A stretch of 64,000 nucleotides of DNA from contig JARFYF010000022.1 in the NCBI GenBank assembly GCA_030265395.1, forward strand, positions 32,880,700 through 32,944,699. The letters are read 5' to 3'. Source of the DNA: Rhina ancylostomus (taxonomy: Eukaryota). Under the pieces are notes generated by a model. It was given only the letters and a program-made list of their open reading frames with translations. It was not told the DNA's origin and ran no database searches. Positions 1-12,705 of the stretch are shown one piece after another (within the stretch, counting starts at the first letter, position 1; each line of letters begins with the position of its first letter). Position numbers and translations under genes: made by a program.

Positions 1-1879
1 ATGAAGGCATAAACCAGTAGACAAGCGTATTATTGTTTTGGACCTTTCTCCTATTAGCTGTTTAACTGTCTATCACCAATTATCACTGGATGTGACTGGA
101 GTGCAGAGATTGAATCTAATCCTCAGGTGTTGGGTTGCATAACTCTTCTATAGCAAGTTCTAAATCATATCCAGATACCTATTACTTTAATATTTATTCT
201 TAAAGCAGTGGTATAACTAGAAATTATATTGTGTAGCACACTGGTTATGTGCATTATATGATAGAGTTTCTTCCATAAGCTTATTGGTAACAGGAATCCT
301 GGGCTTGTCAAAGCAGCAAGTTTAGTATTTTGCTTCATGTCCTCCATGCTTATAACATACTAGAGCTTGGCTGGGCATTCATTGTTAGATGCAATAGGGT
401 GCCATGCATGTCTGGATGCCAGTCTTCCCCCCCCCCCCCCCCATAGGCCTGTGAATGCTTTGGACATGCACGGCCAGTTCATTTGTGCATGAAGCCTTGG
501 GAAATAGAGTCATCCTTTTGCACAGCCAGCATTCACGTATTTGTTCCACCCAACAATTTACCTCAGCTCCAATTTAAAATGAGCTTCTCACTGCACTATG
601 GTGACTGCTCACTGGCAATTTTCCACTCCAGCAAATCTAAGGCCCTTGCTTGCGTATTTCTGCTTATTTGTAGCAAATTGATCTATTCTCATTCCTTAAA
701 AAAAAGATGGCAGTTAAAATACATTATTATTTGCATTTAACATGATTAAACTGTAGTTCTTTTTTTTAAGTGACAACAAACTGCTTAAAGCATCTGATGA
801 ATTGTGAAACAGGATGTTGTGAGGATTCATTCTGTCACATTACAATTTTAGTGTAGGCTTACAAACAGGATATGACATCTTTTCACCCCACATCATACAG
901 AGGTATGCATGCAGAACTTTGTACAAACGCTATGCTGTGTAGTATGCCCCGAGCAAAAAGCAAAAGAGATCCCCTCATTGAAGGCTTCCAGGCTTCAATT
1001 AGAAATATTAACTCTGATATGTGTGGGGAGGTAGTGGTGGATGCAGTAACAGCAGAGAAGTGTGGAAATCAGAGGACATGCAGGCCTGATGATACTTACC
1101 ACGTCCTCTATTTCATCTGCTAATTATATTTCCTACTGGACCATTGCCAAATTTCCAGGCTTGTCACCTGCCATGGAAATAAATAAAGAGCATCAAGACA
1201 TCTTTGATGTGAACAGCCCCTGACAGTCAGATTAGAATGATGGAATGGGAAGTGGGTGTCAAACGGTCAGGAACTATCAGGGTTTACAACGGGGTTTGGT
1301 GGAGCCTCAGTATTTGTCTATCACAGTGGCTTGAAGTTGGGTAATATTAGGATTGGCAGAGACAAAGTTGGAGAAGGGGCCTCAAGGGATGGCAGTTGTC
1401 AGCAGAGCCTGTGATCAGCAATAGGGAGGCCGAGGATTTGCTTGAACGAACAGGAGGACCCATAAGAAGTGTTTGTGGAGGGGTTTAATATCAAACCCAT
1501 TATCTCAATGCACACGTCAAGGGTTCTGGGCCTTTGCATTTCAACTTCAATATAGAGGAGGCAAGTCATTCAGTTGCCTCCCTTTTCTCATAGTGTGGGG
1601 GAAAAGGGAAAAGGAAAGTGCTCCTATGGACTTGGTGGAGTGGAGACATAGAAGGTGGAAACTGATTTCTGGTAGAAGGAAGGAGGGGAGGTAAAGAACC
1701 ATTAAATAGAGCATCCAAGATTTCGTGAGTCCAGCAGTCACTGATCCGAGCATTTTATACACCCTAATGTAGTTAGAAATATTTTTGTATTATTTATGTA
1801 CATGATGGGCTTTTTTTTTCTTAGCTGCTATGTCATAATAAGTTTAGTTATGTGTTGTACTTGTTGAGAATCATTATTC

Positions 1880-1933
1880 TTTAAGATATCTTTATTAGTC
1901 ACATGTACATCGAAGCACAGTGAAATGCATCTT
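1880..1933 (-). mobile_element. 3' tail of the same SINE family, running into the N-gap
   Basis: Reverse complement closely matches 10176-10230. Confidence 0.8.
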
Positions 1934-2918
1934 NNNNNNNNNNNNNNNNNNNNNNNNNNNNNNNNNNNNNNNNNNNNNNNNNNNNNNNNNNNNNNNNNNN
2001 NNNNNNNNNNNNNNNNNNNNNNNNNNNNNNNNNNNNNNNNNNNNNNNNNNNNNNNNNNNNNNNNNNNNNNNNNNNNNNNNNNNNNNNNNNNNNNNNNNNN
2101 NNNNNNNNNNNNNNNNNNNNNNNNNNNNNNNNNNNNNNNNNNNNNNNNNNNNNNNNNNNNNNNNNNNNNNNNNNNNNNNNNNNNNNNNNNNNNNNNNNNN
2201 NNNNNNNNNNNNNNNNNNNNNNNNNNNNNNNNNNNNNNNNNNNNNNNNNNNNNNNNNNNNNNNNNNNNNNNNNNNNNNNNNNNNNNNNNNNNNNNNNNNN
2301 NNNNNNNNNNNNNNNNNNNNNNNNNNNNNNNNNNNNNNNNNNNNNNNNNNNNNNNNNNNNNNNNNNNNNNNNNNNNNNNNNNNNNNNNNNNNNNNNNNNN
2401 NNNNNNNNNNNNNNNNNNNNNNNNNNNNNNNNNNNNNNNNNNNNNNNNNNNNNNNNNNNNNNNNNNNNNNNNNNNNNNNNNNNNNNNNNNNNNNNNNNNN
2501 NNNNNNNNNNNNNNNNNNNNNNNNNNNNNNNNNNNNNNNNNNNNNNNNNNNNNNNNNNNNNNNNNNNNNNNNNNNNNNNNNNNNNNNNNNNNNNNNNNNN
2601 NNNNNNNNNNNNNNNNNNNNNNNNNNNNNNNNNNNNNNNNNNNNNNNNNNNNNNNNNNNNNNNNNNNNNNNNNNNNNNNNNNNNNNNNNNNNNNNNNNNN
2701 NNNNNNNNNNNNNNNNNNNNNNNNNNNNNNNNNNNNNNNNNNNNNNNNNNNNNNNNNNNNNNNNNNNNNNNNNNNNNNNNNNNNNNNNNNNNNNNNNNNN
2801 NNNNNNNNNNNNNNNNNNNNNNNNNNNNNNNNNNNNNNNNNNNNNNNNNNNNNNNNNNNNNNNNNNNNNNNNNNNNNNNNNNNNNNNNNNNNNCTATCGC
2901 CTGTGTCTGTAATTTCAG

Positions 2919-2960
2919 AAAGAGTTTGACGAGGGGATGACATCAGAAACAACTTGCTTG
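2919..2960 (+). CDS. LSP1: Probable LSP1 internal coding exon (KEFDEGMTSETTCL), phase 0/0
   Basis: Acceptor gtctgtaatttcAG and strong donor TTG|gtgagt. The 42 nt are open and join in frame to the 4533 exon. Protein similarity not recognised, so the call rests on splice signals and phase. Confidence 0.55.
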
Positions 2961-4532
2961 GTGAGTCAATCGAATGCACAGTTAAAACCAAATGAGCCAC
3001 CTTAACTTGTTCCACGTTATATCAGTTGATACTAATTGATACCATCTAAAGAAATCTCATATTCAGTCATCAGGTCAATTAATTTGTTGGATTGTAGTCA
3101 TTTTGTAAGTACAACATACCACCCAGTCTTTGAGTGGATTCATTATCCAAGGCTGACTGTGCTCATTTATATCTTCTATCTGTGCAGTGGGTTCAATTGT
3201 ATTACCACTTCCATTATTCTGGTTCAGATCAGCTAATGGAAAGAACCAGAGGTGAACATAGACCAGAGATCAAACCTGAGGCATTTCTGGTTTTGTGACT
3301 AAGCTAAACTGAACCAGAAGGAGCAACGTGTAATGGGTCATCTCAGACATGAAGGAGTAGCCTCTTGCATCCATTCTTTGGTCATTTAATGATGCAAATA
3401 TTTGTGGAACCATTTCCACAATTTAAAATATCTTCCCCTCCCTTAATTTGCTTCCTCTGTCTGCAATGACGTGTCCCAGGGCAATATTGCCACCTCTTGA
3501 TAAAAGCTGAATTCCCATGTGACCTGGCACAGTTTGCAGACTTCAGATTGCTTCTTCCAATACAATTGATTATCCTCTATTTTAATGTCCACATTTCATC
3601 TCTGGAGTGAATCTTTTCAATCTCTTCATGCATTAAATTTCACTTTTTTAATGTCTGCAAATGTCCTGCAACATGTGTGCCAGTGGCAGCACTAATTTTA
3701 ATTCCTGCACCATCCTACGGGCTGTGCTGGAGATTTTAAGTTTTGGGCTCCATCAGCCTCCCAGCAAACCTAGCAGACTGAGTCTTATCATGACAAATGC
3801 AAACCATTAAAGTTACTTAAAATATTTATTTTGTTGTAAAATCCTGCAGCTATCAATGATTTCTGCTAATGTTGTTCCAGTTGAGCCATTATGAGAATTG
3901 GGAGACATTAATGACCCTCATTATTGGGAAATGAGGATTGGTATCAGTGAATATGGAATTAGTGAAGGACCATCACCAACAGATTCAATTCCCCGATACT
4001 GACTGAATTGGTAACTTATTTATTCCTTCATCTGAAGATAACTGCTTTCATGCCTTGAACTCAGATATTGCATACAGAGATAGAAGAATTAAATGTACTT
4101 TTAAAAAAAAATGGAGCCTCTGCCTTTTTTTAAATGAGCATAACCACTAATGTTTGTTCCTGTTTGGGAGCTGTCATTATGCTTTCCATCTGAGGAAAAA
4201 CTTCCACATACAGTGTATAGGACAGCTGGCCTCTCCAGAAATACATTCGACTGGAGAGCCTTCAGCTGCTATAGATATAATTCCTCTGCAGTAATTTTGC
4301 TGTTTTGGAAGAGGTTTATCACCTCCCTGATGATTAAGTCCTGTGTCTTTTCCCTCTTGTGTCTTTTTTTTGAGGGACATGGCTGAATTAGGCCAGAGGA
4401 GTGCCCATGGTAACAGAAAGTGAGTAATCTGTTTCCCAGGATGAAAAGCCTTGGCTCAAGTCAAAATTGGCCAGAAAACCTGTGTTGCCATGAAACAATG
4501 AGACTAATCCCTGCTATGTTTCTGATTTCCAG

Positions 4533-4576
4533 ATCAGTGAAAGAACGGAATCCTTGAACCGCTCACTTAAGAAGAG
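4533..4576 (+). CDS. LSP1: LSP1 coding exon (ISERTESLNRSLKK-S), phase 0/2
   Basis: tttctgatttccAG acceptor and GAG|gtaaga donor. Matches human LSP1 LIDRTESLNRSIEKS as recalled. Confidence 0.93.
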
Positions 4577-4936
4577 GTAAGAACACTTTGAGCAGTAGCA
4601 CTGTTGCTGTGATCAGCCCTTGAATTGTCTCTTCACTCTCACCGAGCTTCAGGTCCCTCAGTTTCCCTTTGGATGCTCCTCCCTCTTTGGTTAGTCCACC
4701 AGAATGCAGCCTACATGATGGAGCTTTTGAGGCTGCTACGTGTGCCAGAAGCCCAGGATCCAACTCTGCTGGGGCCTGGTTGCCCCACTGGGCAAATTCT
4801 TCCAGCACTTTGATTTACTGTATGCTCAGCTTCTGTGATTTCAAAATCTAGGCGCTTTCAAATCAAAATCTGGACACTGGTTGTCAGATGCTCTAAGCTA
4901 TCTCCATAGTGGACCATCCCACCATGTTAATCCATG

Positions 4937-5292
4937 GAACATAGGACATTACAGCACAGTACAGGCCCTTCGGCCCACAATGTTGTGTCGATATTTTATC
5001 CTGCTCTGAGATCTATCTAACCCTTTCCTCTTACGTACCCCTCCATTTCTCTATCATTCATGTGGCTATCTAGGAGTCTCTTAAGTGTCCCTAATGTATC
5101 TGCCTCCACCACCTCTGCTGGCAGTGTGTTCCATGCACCCACCACTCTCTGTAAAAAAAAAATTTTGCTTCTGACATCTCCCCCTATACCTTCCTCCAAT
5201 CACCTTAAAATTATGACCCCTCATGTGAGTCATTTTCGCCCTGGGAAAAAGCCTTTGACTGTCTGCTCGAACTATGCCTTTTATCATCTTGC
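4937..5292 (-). mobile_element. CR1 LINE 3' end (ORF2 C-terminus and UTR)
   Basis: Translates as FFLQRVVGAWNTLPAEVVEADTLGTLKRLLD, the typical CR1 ORF2 end; ggcccttcggcccac tail. Confidence 0.9.
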
Positions 5293-5457
5293 AATCTAAG
5301 CAGCCTCTTGCCATTTTCATCTGGGGCCTTCAAAGTGGTCGCATGAGGACCATAAAANNNNNNNNNNNNNNNNNNNNNNNNNNNNNNNNNNNNNNNNNNN
5401 NNNNNNNNNNNNNNNNNNNNNNNNNNNNNNNNNNNNNNNNNNNNNNNNNNNNNNNNN

Positions 5458-5534
5458 TAGATCTTAGAGCAGGGTAAAATGTCAGCACAACATTGTGGGC
5501 TGAAGGGCCTGTACTGTGCTGTAATGTTCTATGT
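5458..5534 (+). mobile_element. CR1 3' tail, inverted relative to 4939-5015
   Basis: Near-identical reverse complement of 4939-5015. Confidence 0.85.
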
Positions 5535-5704
5535 CAGGATTCATTGGTTGCAGGATGCATATCTTCTGATCGAGTCTTGTAGCCACAGTATCAATAATAC
5601 AGTTTCAAGGTTGAAGTGCACTTTCAGCAACAGTGAAGTGAACTTGTCAGACCCATTAAGAATTGTGTTGGGGTACAGTTTGGAGGGGAAGGATGTCAAT
5701 TCTT

Positions 5705-6110
5705 ACACTCAATCACAAGGTTCAGGGTGTAAGTCATTTCAGTAAGTGCTGAGGAGTTATTGAGCGATACTCAACACCCAACCAGACTGACCTTCCCTTG
5801 CCATAGTGAAGAAGCACTCCATTTGTTGGAAACACTGTCCTTTAGTTGAGATATTGAACTGAGGCCCCATATGCGCTATCTGCTGGATGAAAAAATACCT
5901 GGCAACGACACAATGAAGACCAAAGGTATGGTTCTTCCATTGCACTGGCCAATATTCTTCTAGTCATTTTGATATTGTCATTCAAAAATCCTGCTGTCCA
6001 TAATTTAGCACTCATTTTTACTATAATTCAACCAATGCCTACTTTTCAGAAAGTATTTAATTGCTGAAAAGTGCTTTGGGATGTTCTGAAGTTGTGAAAA
6101 GTGCCTTTTC
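5705..6110 (+). mobile_element. DeuSINE (SacSINE1/AmnSINE1-like) decayed copy
   Basis: gagatattgaactgaggcccc...ctggccaatatt...gtgctttgggatgttctgaagttgtgaaaagtgc resembles the Deu domain and tail. Fragments also occur near 6995-7120, 12040-12100, 56050-56220 and 59040-59160. Confidence 0.6.
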
Positions 6111-8149
6111 ATACCAAGCTGGTTCTCTTCTGTACCAGCCTTGCTAAATCCAGAGAGTTTATCTTAATGTTACTGTTGCCAATCAGAATTTACACCAAGA
6201 AACTTTGGCATCATTTAAATTCCAAACCAACGGTACTGACATCCTGCAGGAAATCAGTTTCAAATGTTACATTTTCGATCAGTTAATCATTCAGCTGTAA
6301 CATAGAGCTAGCTTATCTCGTCAACTTAAGCGAGACCTGGGTCTGTCTGTAGGGATTCAGTCAATCAGTCTCTGCTGGAATTAGTATATTTCTTGCATTC
6401 AGTTTGCTCTTATAGCCTCACGTTATCTGTTGTCTCTGTGGCTTATCTCTGTTAATTCTCTCTGGTTGTTCAGTGAAGACTGATAATGATGTCACCTGTT
6501 TACTTATCTGATTGCCCAGTAACCCATTCTTTCCCACTTCCCTGCTGTTCCTTAACATTAGTCAGCTCTGCATCCCAAGCCTTTAGCATGAGGTCACCAT
6601 ATGTGAGCAAAATGGCATGAGCCAAAGATTCCTCAGGGAGAAGGTAATTCCATTTGCAATTCTCCACCACACTACTTCATTCATACCAAAAGACATTCTT
6701 GCTATTGAAATTCACTGCAGGACACCTGCAGGAGCTTGCGATCAGGTTACCTCATCCGTCTCTTAATGGGGTTCCAACAAAGTGTTTAATAGCTAAGGAA
6801 TTGTCTTCAAGTGCTCATCTTTCAAATAGCAACAAATAAACAGATGACATCAGGTTCCACTCCTGAGGACGGACATCTTCCATAAGATTGCTTCAAGGTT
6901 GAATGTTGCGAGAAGAAAGTGCATTATCAGCTTAGCCATTTCCTGTGTAGTCACATTTGTACCTATTCCAGGTTTTTCTCTTCTGTTTTAAGACTGGTGA
7001 CCTGGCTAATAATTAGCTCTCAACCAACAGTGTGAAAACGGATGATCATTTCTTCCATTGTTTCTTGTGGGACTTAGCTGCCATGATATGTACATTGCAA
7101 CAGTGACTACACTTCAAAATTATTAACACACAAACACATAGAGCAGGAGAAGGCCACCTGGTCTCTCAAGCATGCTGCACTGTTCAATAAGATCATAGGT
7201 GACCTGATTATAACCTCAAGCCGACATTCCCACCTACCTGCTAACCTTTCACCCCTTTTACATCCCTGGCCATAAAACATTTCTGGAGGTCATCAAATAG
7301 ACACTGTAGATGCCCTAACATTACTTTTAGTTTGGAAAAAATCTATTCACACCATGAGTCACTGAAAGTCTCCACAGGTGGCATCCCTTATGTTGAAGCG
7401 GGTCTTTGAAGCGGGTTCAGTGGTGGCAGCATTGCTATAAGATAGCCTTCGTGTTCACCCAGTCTTTATGTTCACTTCATCTCACTTCGTAAAATCGGTT
7501 GGAATAAGGAATTATTAAATTGGGAATATTTTTCCTCAACCTGACTAGAACTCGGTTCCAAGTGGAAAGAATGAATCTGATGATCATGATGATTTTATAT
7601 AAATAAGTGAAGAGTGGTCAGGAGGAAAATGTTAACGGTAACAACACTTCGAACACAAATAGTCAGAAATTGTTCTTCGCTGCTGAAACTAGATTGCACC
7701 ATTTGGCATGCTAAGACATTGTTGCATTTGGCCTCAATGCCAAACTTGGTGCCCCTCAGTCAGTCAAAAGAATTAGTCAAAAGCTAGGTGTTTTATAGCC
7801 GGAAGAAAACTCTAAAATGAGACCTATGTGGTTCCTGAAGGGGCCACCTTCAATTTGCAGCAGCTTCTGATACCTTGCTGTGCAGTAATCAGCCCTTAAA
7901 GGGGCACTTTCCATGGCAGCTAGACAGGAGTAGCAAACAGTTCAGAGCACCAAATTGCTGCCAAATAATCCAATTCAACCAAGAAAGAAACAAAAAATGT
8001 ACCAGTGGAACAATAAAACGAAAGGACATGATAGAGTTTATAGCTTAGTTATTATACATATTTATGCAGCATTAGCAACAAACTGATTGAAATGCGTGCA
8101 CAAATTCAGTGAAATGGTAAACATTTCTCAGACAAGCTTGCCAGCCAAT

Positions 8150-9930
8150 CAAAACTGGGGAAAAAAACATATTGTTACATGAGCTACAGGAATATAAGGG
8201 CCAATGGTAGCAGGGAAGAATTTATAATAAAGGACTAAATCACTTTATGACTAGTGAGGACATGATGAGAGATAAATAGGCACTGGAGACTTGGATTGAA
8301 TTAAGTAATAGTAAAGGATGTAAGACTGAAGAGAGAATTGTATGCAGGTCTGGGAAGTAGCTGCTATAAAGTGATACAGTGCATAAATATAGATTAAGCA
8401 TGTGGCAAAGGCAGAGTGGTGTTAATGCAGGTGTTTAACTTTCATATTATTCCAGTAGACTGGGATAAGCAAACCAGTTCATGCCTGAACAGCAGTGAAC
8501 TTTTTGAGGGTGTCCAGGATAGCTTTCCGTGATAGTGTGTTTCAGAACCAACAATGGGATTAAGCCACTTTATACCTAATAATAACTATGAGACAGATTT
8601 AACTTTTTAGCAGCAACATTGTATGCGTGGATTCAGTGCAATGTTTGGAAGGGAGAAGTACGAAACAAGTACTATTATTGCAAATGTAGGTATGTCTGAC
8701 TTCCATGCAATGAGATGGACACTATCCATGGTAAACTGGGCAAATCAATGGGTAAAAGGGAAATGGATCAGTGGAAGATGCTAAAAAATGAATTAAAGTG
8801 AGGGACAACCAATTTGCTTCCTTGAGGGACAAGAGCTATACATGCCAGAAAAAAAGCCATGGATTACCAGAAAAGTAGGGGCAGCCTAAAATTAAAAGAC
8901 AAGGAAGAATCTACAAACTGGCATGTGTCCTGGTTGGGAGAAATTCAAAGAACAATAAAGCATGACAAAACAAATTATGGCTGCAAATGCAGTATGAAAA
9001 GAAACTTGCAAAACAGACTAAAGACCAATGGAAAAAAAACATGGTGATTATATTACGAACAAGAGCCCATGAACCCCCTTCACCAATAACAGTGACACTA
9101 ATCAGGAAAATAAGGAAATGCAAACATGTTGAATACTTTATCACAGAACTCACAATAGAGGAAGAGAAAGGAAGATTGGATATCCCAAAGAAATTAACAC
9201 CAAATTGGTGATGGACTAGCCAAAATTAATATAAGCAAATTAAGGATCATGAAGAAAATAATGGCATTAACTGAAACAAATCCCCATGACTAAATGATTT
9301 AATCCCAGGGTATTAGAGGAAGCAGCTGAAAACATTGGCAATGCCCTGACTATAAGCTTCCAAACTTTATTTCCTTTTTGAAACAATCCTTTCGCTTGGA
9401 TAATGTTATGTTACTCTACTGTCACAGGGAAATCAAGGAATTGTAGACAGTTACTTTCAGGAACATGCCAGAATGTGAACACTTTGAAAATTTTCTGCTG
9501 ATCTGAGACATTGGCATGATTTTTGAAGGGATATAGATTCTGCCTGATAAACCTGATTGAATTGTTTGAAAGCTAATTAAAACAGGGGACATGGTTACAT
9601 CTATGGAACTGAACAGATGCATAAATGCAGAAAATACTGAGCAGGTTAGGCAGCATGTGTGGAGAGAAAAACAAAGCCAGCATTTGATTTTGTTGACCTT
9701 TCATCAGAACTGTCTCTGGATATTATTTATATGGAGTTTTAGAAGACACTGGGTTAAGTTTCTCACAAGAGACTGTTAGCAAAATGTAAACGGTATAAGT
9801 ATGTTATGTTGAAAAGGCATGTAAAAGTTAAACTAGATATGCAAAAAATGTAGCAAAGAAGTTCAATGTAGGCAAATCTGAAGACGTCAATTTGTTCCTG
9901 AAAAAGATAGTAGATAATATGTTCAAAATG
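8150..9930 (+). mobile_element. Highly decayed CR1 ORF2 remnant (endonuclease/RT region)
   Basis: Purine-rich decayed coding-like sequence with CR1 hallmarks (ttaactttc...gactggga, cccagggtattagaggaagcagctga, atggagttttagaagacact); boundaries approximate. Confidence 0.5.
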
Positions 9931-9936
9931 TGTTAG

Positions 9937-10235
9937 GGCAGGCACGGTAGTGTAGCGGTTAGCACAATGCTTTACAGCGTCAGCGACCCGGGTTCAATTC
10001 CAGCCACTGTCTGTAAGGAGTTTGTACGTTCTCCCCGTGTCTGCATGGGTTTCCTCCAGATGCTCCGGTTTCCTCCCACATTCCAAAAGACGTACGGGTT
10101 AGGAAGTTGTGGGTGTGCTATGTTGGCACCGGAAGCATGGCGACACTTGCGGGCTGCCCCCAGAACACTACACAAAAGATGCATTTCACTGTGTGTTTCG
10201 ATGTACATGTGACCATTAAGATACCTTATCTTATC
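9937..10235 (+). mobile_element. Apparently young, full-length tRNA-derived V-SINE
   Basis: A box TAGTGTAGCGG, B box GGTTCAATTCC (9991), V-domain gtttgtacgttctccccgtgtctgc...ccggtttcctcccaca, (TTATC)n tail; CpGs retained. Confidence 0.88.
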
Positions 10236-11503
10236 CCTGTCTCTACAGATGGTGTCTAACAGCACTCTGCCTGTGCTCTCTCTCTGACCTTCCTACTCAA
10301 TGAAGTAACCTCCTCCCCTGCCTCCTCAGCAGACATCCCACTGTCCCATTAGTATCTTCTGATGGAGAAAGAGCTAAATCATCAGATTAATTTAATACTA
10401 TCACTGTGACAGGGCTAATGACGTGCATCTATTTTGAAACTTCTCTTGTTAATTCTATGTAACCATTTTTTCTTCCCAACTGCTGCAGTAACAGTGTTAT
10501 CCTTTTCAACGCACCATGTGGTGATCAGTCCTTTGATATCTTCTTGTTCATCTACCCTGCCACATTCCATCCCTTGCCTCTCTTTCTATGTCCTTTATTG
10601 TCCATCACCCCCTACCGTACTGAGGCTCTGCACTGTGTACCCCTTTGTCATTAGTGACTTCTGTCATTATCCGCACTCTCTCTCCTCTCAGTGCCCTTCC
10701 CTGCTGTCCTTCAAAAAGGGAAATGCTTCTACACATATTCATGGCTGAAACTTCAGCTTCTCCATGCTGAAAACGTTCTGTGGTCTTGATCTCCGGCATG
10801 ACACAGCCAACCACTTCCTTTTATACCTAACCATCTGAAACTCCCTGTTAATCACACTTTGTTCTGTTTTCTTTGAAGAAGTATTTCTCCTTTAATTCCC
10901 ACTTGAACAGCCCTTGATCCTCTCTGAACCATGATCTTCTGCTGTTGCTTGTTTATCCCCCAAACTCCAACTATGATGTCTTTGTCCCTACCTAAGTTTT
11001 CACCATTACCCACCCCATTGTAGTTGTTACCCCAGCACAGCCTCCTATTTCACTCTTACAAGTTCAAGGGAAAAAACCTGATCCAACTGGAATCGAATTG
11101 GCTTCATTGCCCATCATTAAATTTGGCTTCACCACACTAATGTCTACCAAACCTTAATCTGCAGAACTTTTCATATTCCCCACTGATACTGGAAAACACT
11201 GACTTCTGACCCTTTTGTCTGCTTCTGTTTGAGCTCAATTCCTCTCACCTCCAGTCTCGCCTTTAACAGGATGCAAGAAAATCAGGTTTAATTTCTTACT
11301 TGGAACAAGTTGTTTATTGAGTTGCTGCTTCTGCTAACCACATCCATTCATTGATGAAGTAATGGGTCTGTGTTTTAATAAACCAAGAAGTTGACAGTTG
11401 GGAAGTTTGGTTCCCCTTCTGATGTTTCTATATGATTGTGTAATCTTGTTAAACTGCTTTTTTTATGACATTTTAGTTTTAAAAAATTCTTTTTGAATTA
11501 CAG

Positions 11504-11585
11504 TAACAGTGTTAAGAAGACCCAGCCCATAACTAACATATCAAAGATTGATGAAAGATTGGAGCAGTATACCAATGCCATTGAG
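11504..11585 (+). CDS. LSP1: LSP1 coding exon (S-NSVKKTQPITNISKIDERLEQYTNAIE), phase 2/0
   Basis: ttacAG acceptor and GAG|gtaatt donor; 82 nt restores the frame. Matches LSP1 SNSVKKSQPDLPISKIDQWLEQYTQAIE and the caldesmon SKIDSRLEQYT motif. Confidence 0.95.
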
Positions 11586-12573
11586 GTAATTTGATTTATT
11601 CTACACCTGCACTCAAGTATTGATTTTTCTCCACAGATTTTATCCCTTTGAAAATTAAATCATTGTAAAAATCGTAGTTAGATGTACACCTTGCTGTTTA
11701 TTATGTGTTAATATTAATTGTTTTATTCTTTTTATAAGTCACTTTGTCATTGATCTTTCCAACCAGCAGAATAGCCTGGTGGAATGTTTTGTCTCTTCTG
11801 GTGTTACTAATGTGATCCAAGGTTGCTAGCCCAGTAATCTCTCTGTTAATAATTTATCCTGATTTGAAACAGCCATTCATTCAGCCTTGAACTAATACAT
11901 TACTGCATCCCAACCCATACCACACATATCCTGCTACAAGGCCTCAGCATTCACTATTGTGAGTGGATACACTTTGAAAACAAATCATTGGAAATGGTTA
12001 GAGAAAGCTAAGCAGGATGTCCAAGCCCTCCTTGACCTCAGCACTTCCCAAAGTGTTTTACAGATAACGTAGTACATTTGAAGTGTAGTTGGTGTTGCAG
12101 TGTGGGATGGGAAGGAATTACTAATGTAACTTTCTCATGGAAAATGAGACAGCTGTTTCTGAATTACTAGTAAACTAATTACAATGTCTTTCATTTCTCT
12201 TTTTCAAATGTGTAGCATTTTTATGTAATGTGTAACATTGATGTGCAATGTCAAATTGTAACAAAAGGGATGTGTAACATTTCATGTGCACTGTTTTAGG
12301 TATTAATTTTTGCCCCACCCTTAGTCATTAATGACTATTGTTGGGTATGCCATAAAATCACCAGTTGCCCAGGTTCTAATCCACAAGGCCTTTGCCTCTA
12401 TTTGGACCTAGACAGTGAGTGTTAGCAGTGTTGTCTGTTTGAGTCATCAGTGTGGTACATTCATGCTGAAGTCTTATGCCAGCAAATTGTTGCCTGTTTA
12501 TCCGTAGTTATTAATTTTGCTCTCTGTGTTTCTGTTTTGCTTTCTCTTTTCTCTCTTTCTCACACACACACAG

Positions 12574-12705
12574 AGCACAACAAAGTCACTGCGGCACACG
12601 TCATTGGACATCCCAAACCTATCAGAGGATGTGGCCACCATGAAGAGCCTATGGGAGACAGGCGATGCTGCCAGTAGCACAGCTACCAGAGGGACACCGT
12701 GTAAG
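12574..12705 (+). CDS. LSP1: LSP1 coding exon (STTKSLRHTSLDIPNLSEDVATMKSLWETGDAASSTATRGTPCK), phase 0/0
   Basis: Long pyrimidine tract plus (CA)n before cAG; AAG|gtaagg donor. Matches LSP1 RQASIELP...KSRWETG...TPSCK. Confidence 0.93.

Noticed and set aside
1828-3015. Long ORFs spanning N-runs (also 15668-16143, 39990-40472, 41073-42008, 45238-45510)
   Set aside because: They are open only because N codons contain no stops.
9941-10010. tRNA gene
   Set aside because: The A and B boxes continue directly into a V-SINE body and tail, so this is a SINE head.
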